A stretch of 64,000 nucleotides of DNA from Oscillospiraceae bacterium (GTDB lineage Bacteria > Bacillota > Clostridia > Oscillospirales > CAG-272), in NCBI GenBank assembly GCA_015065455.1, contig SVQI01000004.1, positions 12,593 through 76,592 on the forward strand. Reading direction: 5' to 3'. The position numbers were made by a program, and so were the translations under genes. The notes beneath the pieces are model-generated. The model did not search any database and was not told the origin of the DNA. It saw only the letters and a list, made by a program, of their open reading frames with translations. How positions within the stretch are numbered: position 1 is the stretch's first letter; the number at the start of each line of letters is the position of its first letter. Below are positions 59,039 to 64,000 of the stretch, in pieces.

Positions 59039-61855
59039 TTATTCAGTTTCGTTGTCAGAAGACTTTTGTTCTGTGTTACTTTCTTCCGTGCCAGTCTGAT
59101 GATTATTTTCTTTTAGAATATTATCATTTTTTTGATTATCTGAATAATCAAGTTTCTCATAAAAATCATCCAAGTCTTCTTGGTATTTAAGTTGCTTTCT
59201 TTTCCTTAGAAGTTTGACTATTATATCAAGCGTGATAACCAGTATAAAAATGAGTATTCCGATAACGGAAATAAACGAGCCTTTAACAAAGCAGTCGGGA
59301 AGATACTTCATTTCAAGCTTGTGAGTTCCTTGCGGTATTTCTGCCGCAAGCAAGGAATTTGCCGTTTTTATGAGAGGGAGTTCTTTTCCGTCGCATGTGA
59401 TTGTCCAACCCTCGTCATAGGGAATAGAGGTAAACAAGAGCATATCCTGATTTTTTACGGTAATGCTTCCGCTGAGATGTGTGTCTGAATGTTCTTTTAT
59501 ATCATAGCTGCATTCGGCAAGTCTTGTCATAACAGAATCGTATACTTCTTTATCAAGATACCAAAAATAAGTTTCATTCGTCAAAAGGTAAAGAACATCG
59601 TCGTTAAGCGTTACAGTAAATTTCATTGATCTGTCATCGTCAAATGAGCCGAGGGATATTATTCTGTCAGTTTCATTGCCAAAGAAAGTTCCAAAATCTC
59701 TGTTATTAAGCTCAAGTGATACTTCTCTTGGATAGTCCGAGGGGTAGAAGAAGAATAGCTCGTTTGTTGTTCCGGAAATAAATGTGTAGATGAGCTGTGC
59801 GGGATTGTCCTTATTTACGGGAACGTATTTATCGTATTCTGCATTTGCATAGGATTTATTTATATTGGAAAAAGTTTCCGTTACATATTCAACGGGTTTA
59901 AAGAGCATAACGTTTTCTTCTTCTCCAAGCATAGATGTAACAACGTTATTCAGTAAGTCAAAGGGCGTTGTATAGTCATTAAAATCTACTTGTTCAAATT
60001 GCTTTGAAACTGCAAAAGCAAGACTCATAGCATTTGGGTTTTTGTAGACGGTATAATTTCCGTCATTGTGAATTTTGTTATAATAATCATCGTAGTAGGA
60101 GTCTTCGCTTATAATATACTTTATTCCAAGCAAGGAGTCCGAAACGGGAGTACCGCCGAGATATTTTGACCAATGGGATTTGGACGAGTATCCAAATTGG
60201 TTAAGCAGTTTAATTATTGATGCATTGAGAGTAGATGTTGAACTTGAAATGCCGTTTATATTGAGAGTCATATTATCGTTTGTTTTGCGATGTTCGGTTT
60301 TTTCCATACGGTAGAATGAATCGTCCTTGTCGTGAATGTATTCAACGATGGGAGAAACCGAATCTATATATTCTCTGTAAGACGTACGCGTACTGAAAAT
60401 AACGTCCTCGTCAAGCGCATCAAGACATACGAAGCCGTTTATAAGAAGCTCGGATGAAACAATGATTGCCAGTACCAACGCTGTAAAATTGCTTCCTCTT
60501 TCTTTGTGGAATGCGTAAAGAGCAAGAAGGTATACGCCTACAAGTATTATGCTCAGCCAAATACAAGTAACGTTGTCAATATAGCTGTACTGCTCGTTTT
60601 GCACGAGAATAATAAGAAGAACGAGCGTTGCGCACACGGAAACTATATGATTGAACTTTATGCTTTTGATATAGTGGAAAGCCTGATGGGCAAATGTTAC
60701 AAGCAAAAAGCAAAGCATAAAGCTGTAGCGGTAGTTAAGCCAGTTGGGATTTTGCATACCGTGCCAGAAAATATCGACTGTTGATGCTGAGAAAGAGAAG
60801 ACTAAAGCTGAAATAATAAGAGCTGAACCAATCTTTTCGCGTACAGTTGATTTCTTTGAGAAAAAGTAAACGGGAAGCAAAATAAGGGAAAGAACACCGC
60901 AATAAACAAATGGCAGACCGTTTGGACGTACAGTATCATAGGAGTTTGGAAGAAACTTTGCAAAAAGCTCAAACAGATTGAATTTTGAAGTCAGATCGTA
61001 TTTGGGATCAGAGAAGTCATTTTTTCCAAAGGTAAGTGAATATCTGACAGTAAGAATAATAACTGCAGATATGGCAAGAGCAATAAGAGAGAAGAAAAGA
61101 ACTCGCAAAATCGATTTGATCAAATGAGCCTTTTCGCCGGTTTTGTTGTATTCATCGGAATAGCCGTACACCAGATAGTAGTATACTGAATAAAGGACAA
61201 GGAATATACAAACCATATAACCGATATAGAAGTTAGAGAAAACGGTAACGGCAAGTATGATCGTGTAAAGTTTATATTTTCTTTTATTTATTAAGCTTTC
61301 AAGACCAAGAATAAGAAGCGGTAAAAAGAGAAGAGCGTCTATCCACATAGTGTTATGACCGTTTACGAGAGCATAAGAGGTCAAGGCGTACATCGTGGAG
61401 AATATTATTGTAGAAATAACAGATTTTGCTCTGCCCGAATAATGAAGAAATATAGCAAAGTTAAAGCCTGAAAGTCCCGCTTTTAATACAAATATGGTAA
61501 GCAGCGCTTCCGTTATTGCATTTTCGGGGAAGAGTGCGATGAGCAGGTTAAACGGACTTGCAACGTAGTATGCAAACATACCCATAAATTCACCGCCCAC
61601 AGCTCTTTGCCATGAGTAGAGAAGACTGCCCTGACCTAAAAGTATATCTCTCAATTCTTCAAAAAAATAAACGTACTGCGCGTTTAAATCAAGAACAAGA
61701 ACAGAATTTTCGCTGATTGGGTAAACCTCTCTTAACAGATAAACTCCTAAGAACAGTAATGCGGGAACAAAAAAAGCAAGAAGCAGATAGGGTCTGAATT
61801 TAACTTTTTTGTTCTTTATATCATCATCAATGCAAATGGTACAATTATCTGTCAT
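59039..61855 (-). CDS. YfhO-family membrane glycosyltransferase
   Basis: DLNAQY, YYVASPFN, NFYIGYM, YRYSF, SIPYDEGW. Confidence 0.9.
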   Translation of the reverse strand: MTDNCTICIDDDIKNKKVKFRPYLLLAFFVPALLFLGVYLLREVYPISENSVLVLDLNAQYVYFFEELRDILLGQGSLLYSWQRAVGGEFMGMFAYYVASPFNLLIALFPENAITEALLTIFVLKAGLSGFNFAIFLHYSGRAKSVISTIIFSTMYALTSYALVNGHNTMWIDALLFLPLLILGLESLINKRKYKLYTIILAVTVFSNFYIGYMVCIFLVLYSVYYYLVYGYSDEYNKTGEKAHLIKSILRVLFFSLIALAISAVIILTVRYSLTFGKNDFSDPKYDLTSKFNLFELFAKFLPNSYDTVRPNGLPFVYCGVLSLILLPVYFFSKKSTVREKIGSALIISALVFSFSASTVDIFWHGMQNPNWLNYRYSFMLCFLLVTFAHQAFHYIKSIKFNHIVSVCATLVLLIILVQNEQYSYIDNVTCIWLSIILVGVYLLALYAFHKERGSNFTALVLAIIVSSELLINGFVCLDALDEDVIFSTRTSYREYIDSVSPIVEYIHDKDDSFYRMEKTEHRKTNDNMTLNINGISSSTSTLNASIIKLLNQFGYSSKSHWSKYLGGTPVSDSLLGIKYIISEDSYYDDYYNKIHNDGNYTVYKNPNAMSLAFAVSKQFEQVDFNDYTTPFDLLNNVVTSMLGEEENVMLFKPVEYVTETFSNINKSYANAEYDKYVPVNKDNPAQLIYTFISGTTNELFFFYPSDYPREVSLELNNRDFGTFFGNETDRIISLGSFDDDRSMKFTVTLNDDVLYLLTNETYFWYLDKEVYDSVMTRLAECSYDIKEHSDTHLSGSITVKNQDMLLFTSIPYDEGWTITCDGKELPLIKTANSLLAAEIPQGTHKLEMKYLPDCFVKGSFISVIGILIFILVITLDIIVKLLRKRKQLKYQEDLDDFYEKLDYSDNQKNDNILKENNHQTGTEESNTEQKSSDNETE

Positions 61856-62060
61856 CAGCATTACCTCCCAAAATCAACGGTTCAACCTTTTTAATATTTT
61901 TCTCAAGTTTCAGACGGGGGATTATCATATCGTGGCCGCATCCCTTGCATCTGACCTTTATATCACTGCCCGTGCGCAAAACCTCAAAAGCAAAAGAACC
62001 GCAGGGGTGTTTCTTTTTCATTACAAGAGTATCGCCTTTATCAAATTTAGGTATTGTCAA
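61845..62060 (-). CDS. DUF951 protein
   Basis: MKKKHPCGS, RTGSDIKVRCKGCGH. Confidence 0.92.
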   Translation of the reverse strand: MTIPKFDKGDTLVMKKKHPCGSFAFEVLRTGSDIKVRCKGCGHDMIIPRLKLEKNIKKVEPLILGGNADDR

Positions 62061-62232
62061 GAGATATCAGCCCTTTCTGTATTTTCGGTTGCATATAATA
62101 AAATATTATACCATAAAAGAAAAATAATGTAAACAAATTTCTTAAGCACTTTGTAAACTATTGAAAAAATTTCATAATATGATACAATAATACAGTAAAC
62201 AATTTCAAGTAAAAAAACGGAGATGAAGTCGT

Positions 62233-63477
62233 ATGAAGATAAACAGCGCGGAAATATTGTGTGTCGGCACGGAAATTCTTATCGGAGATATTATAAACAC
62301 AAATGCGGCATATATTTCACAAAGATTAGCGGCGTTAGGTATAAATCAGTATCATCAGGGCGTTGTTGGAGATAATCCTCAGAGAGTGAAGAAGTTTATA
62401 GCAGAAGCATTGGAAAGAGCAGACCTTGTAATTACAACGGGAGGCCTTGGTCCTACTTATGACGACTTAACAAAGGAAACGATAGCAGAGCTTATGGGAA
62501 AAAAGATGGTTCTGCACGACGAGTCGCTCAGAAGACTGAAGGAGTATTTTGAGAGCAGAAACAGAGTAATGACTGAAAATAATATAAAACAGGCTTATAT
62601 GCCCGAAGGCTGTATTATTCTTGAAAATAACTGCGGTACAGCACCGGGAGCAATTATAGAGAACGAAGAAATGGGCAAGGCGGTTGTAATTTTGCCCGGT
62701 CCCCCAAGAGAAATGAAGCCTATGTTTGAAGAGGGTGTTGTGCCTTATCTTGAAAAAAATTCAGACTATTTCTTTGTAAGTAAAAACATAAATATATTTG
62801 GTATTGGTGAATCAGCTCTTGAAACAGAAATAATAGATATTATGAAAAATTCTCTCAATCCGACAGTTGCCCCCTACGCATCTGACGGAGAGGTAAGACT
62901 CAGAGTTACTGCTAAGACAGAGAGAAAAGAAGAGGGCGAAAAACTTTGCCTTGATATGGTCGAAAAATTAAAAAATACGACCATAGGCAAATATATTTAC
63001 GGGGTTGATACAAGTCTTGAAGAAGCGCTTGTAAATACTTTGAAAGAAAAGAATTTGAAGATTGCCGTTGCTGAGTCGTGTACAGGCGGAATGGTTACGG
63101 GAAAGATAACAGCTGTAAGCGGTTCGTCAGCCGTTCTTGACGGAAGCGTGGTTTCTTATGCAAATGAAATAAAGTCAAAACTGTTAGGTGTAAGTACCGA
63201 TATACTAAACACTAAAGGCGCCGTATCAGAGGAATGTGCGCTTGAAATGGCGGAAGGTGTAAGAAAGCTTATGTCTGCAGATATCGGTATAAGCGTAACG
63301 GGAATAGCGGGTCCGACAGGGGGGACAGAAGAAAAACCTGTGGGAACTGTATATATTGCCGTAAGCACAAGCAAGAAGAAAGAATGTGAAAAACTTACCT
63401 TGCGAAACAACGGCAGAGAATATATAAGAAATGTTTCTGTACGGAACGTACTTCACCTTGCTTTAAAATCTATATAA
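62233..63477 (+). CDS. cinA: Competence/damage-inducible protein A
   Basis: VGTEILIG, GGLGPTYDDLT, AESCTGG, TGIAGP. Confidence 0.95.
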   Translation: MKINSAEILCVGTEILIGDIINTNAAYISQRLAALGINQYHQGVVGDNPQRVKKFIAEALERADLVITTGGLGPTYDDLTKETIAELMGKKMVLHDESLRRLKEYFESRNRVMTENNIKQAYMPEGCIILENNCGTAPGAIIENEEMGKAVVILPGPPREMKPMFEEGVVPYLEKNSDYFFVSKNINIFGIGESALETEIIDIMKNSLNPTVAPYASDGEVRLRVTAKTERKEEGEKLCLDMVEKLKNTTIGKYIYGVDTSLEEALVNTLKEKNLKIAVAESCTGGMVTGKITAVSGSSAVLDGSVVSYANEIKSKLLGVSTDILNTKGAVSEECALEMAEGVRKLMSADIGISVTGIAGPTGGTEEKPVGTVYIAVSTSKKKECEKLTLRNNGREYIRNVSVRNVLHLALKSI

Positions 63478-63483
63478 AGATCA

Positions 63484-63517
63484 AACACCATCGAGCTTCT
63501 CTCGATGGTGTTTTTTT
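63484..63517 (+). terminator. Intrinsic terminator
   Basis: AACACCATCGAG-CTTCT-CTCGATGGTGTT plus T run. Confidence 0.85.
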
Positions 63518-63717
63518 GAAAATATTTTAGGGACAGGTATCCTCAAATGTTCGTGTAAAAAAATTGTATAAAATAACTAAAAAATATGCGTTGAGATGTT
63601 GTAGAAGTGGGTTAAAATTATGCAAAAATGAGATTTTGAAAAAGTCATACAAACACTATTTACAATCACGTGACCGTGTGATATAATGATAATGTCAAAA
63701 GAGAAAGGGGGGATTCA

Positions 63718-64000
63718 ATGATTAAGGTTTTACCCGGAACTACGATAGAAATATCAGAACTAACTAAAGGCGTATCAAGAAGATTGTTCGACGGCATTTT
63801 TGCTGCAGGGGGAATAACCTTGTCACAGGTGTCAGTTATGACGGGACTTGAGCCTTATATGATACAGAACTGGGTGAAGAGAGGATTTGTTTCATCACCA
63901 ATTAAAAGGCAGTATTCAAAAGATCAGTTTTCCAGAATAGTAACGTTGAATATGTTAAGAGAATCTCTTCAACTTGATAAGATATGTGATATGCTTTCGT
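63718..64000 (+). CDS. DUF1836-like HTH protein (runs off the window)
   Basis: Read manually: MIKVLPGTT...GITLSQVSVMTGLEPYMIQNWVKRGFVSSPIKRQYSKDQ; G-rich RBS. Confidence 0.75.
   Translation, partial: MIKVLPGTTIEISELTKGVSRRLFDGIFAAGGITLSQVSVMTGLEPYMIQNWVKRGFVSSPIKRQYSKDQFSRIVTLNMLRESLQLDKICDMLS

Noticed and set aside
623-63456. Many short overlapping or antisense ORFs in the six-frame track
   Set aside because: Shadows of longer well-supported genes, without RBS or motifs

Overview
Chromosomal window from a low-GC, spore-forming Clostridia-type bacterium (spoIVA, ylmC, IspH-S1 fusion, fused PurL; probably Oscillospiraceae/Ruminococcaceae-like, an inference). Bases 1-9978 hold an apparently intact minus-strand podovirus-type packaging and virion module: small and large terminase, portal, scaffold, N4-gp56-like major capsid protein, small protein, adaptor, tail nozzle, tail fibre-like protein and a DUF1617-like ORF cut by the window edge. 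The module starts back-to-back with the promoter of the core gene gpsA. No integrase, repressor, replication gene or att site lies on that side. Its two likely transcription starts share a non-standard motif, GGGAGAGA-N17-TATAATA, and the scaffold carries a host-Prp-type LQFFAS cleavage motif. Together this makes it a candidate domesticated phage module or gene transfer agent (GTA), the best candidate for a new system here; a decayed or permuted prophage cannot be excluded because the far end is outside the window. The rest is mostly housekeeping (gpsA, mecA, UDG, pepT, mntP, purD, cmk, plsC, ispH-rpsA, potABCD, spoIVA, rluA-family, mtaB, purL, gdhA, prs, mgtE, amino-acid ABC transporter, tRNA-Arg, YfhO, cinA). 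Also notable: a tandem pair of ~1000-aa secreted NlpC/P60-like proteins, a surface SGNH pseudo-esterase, and two long structured leaders with small upstream ORFs (before potA and mgtE).
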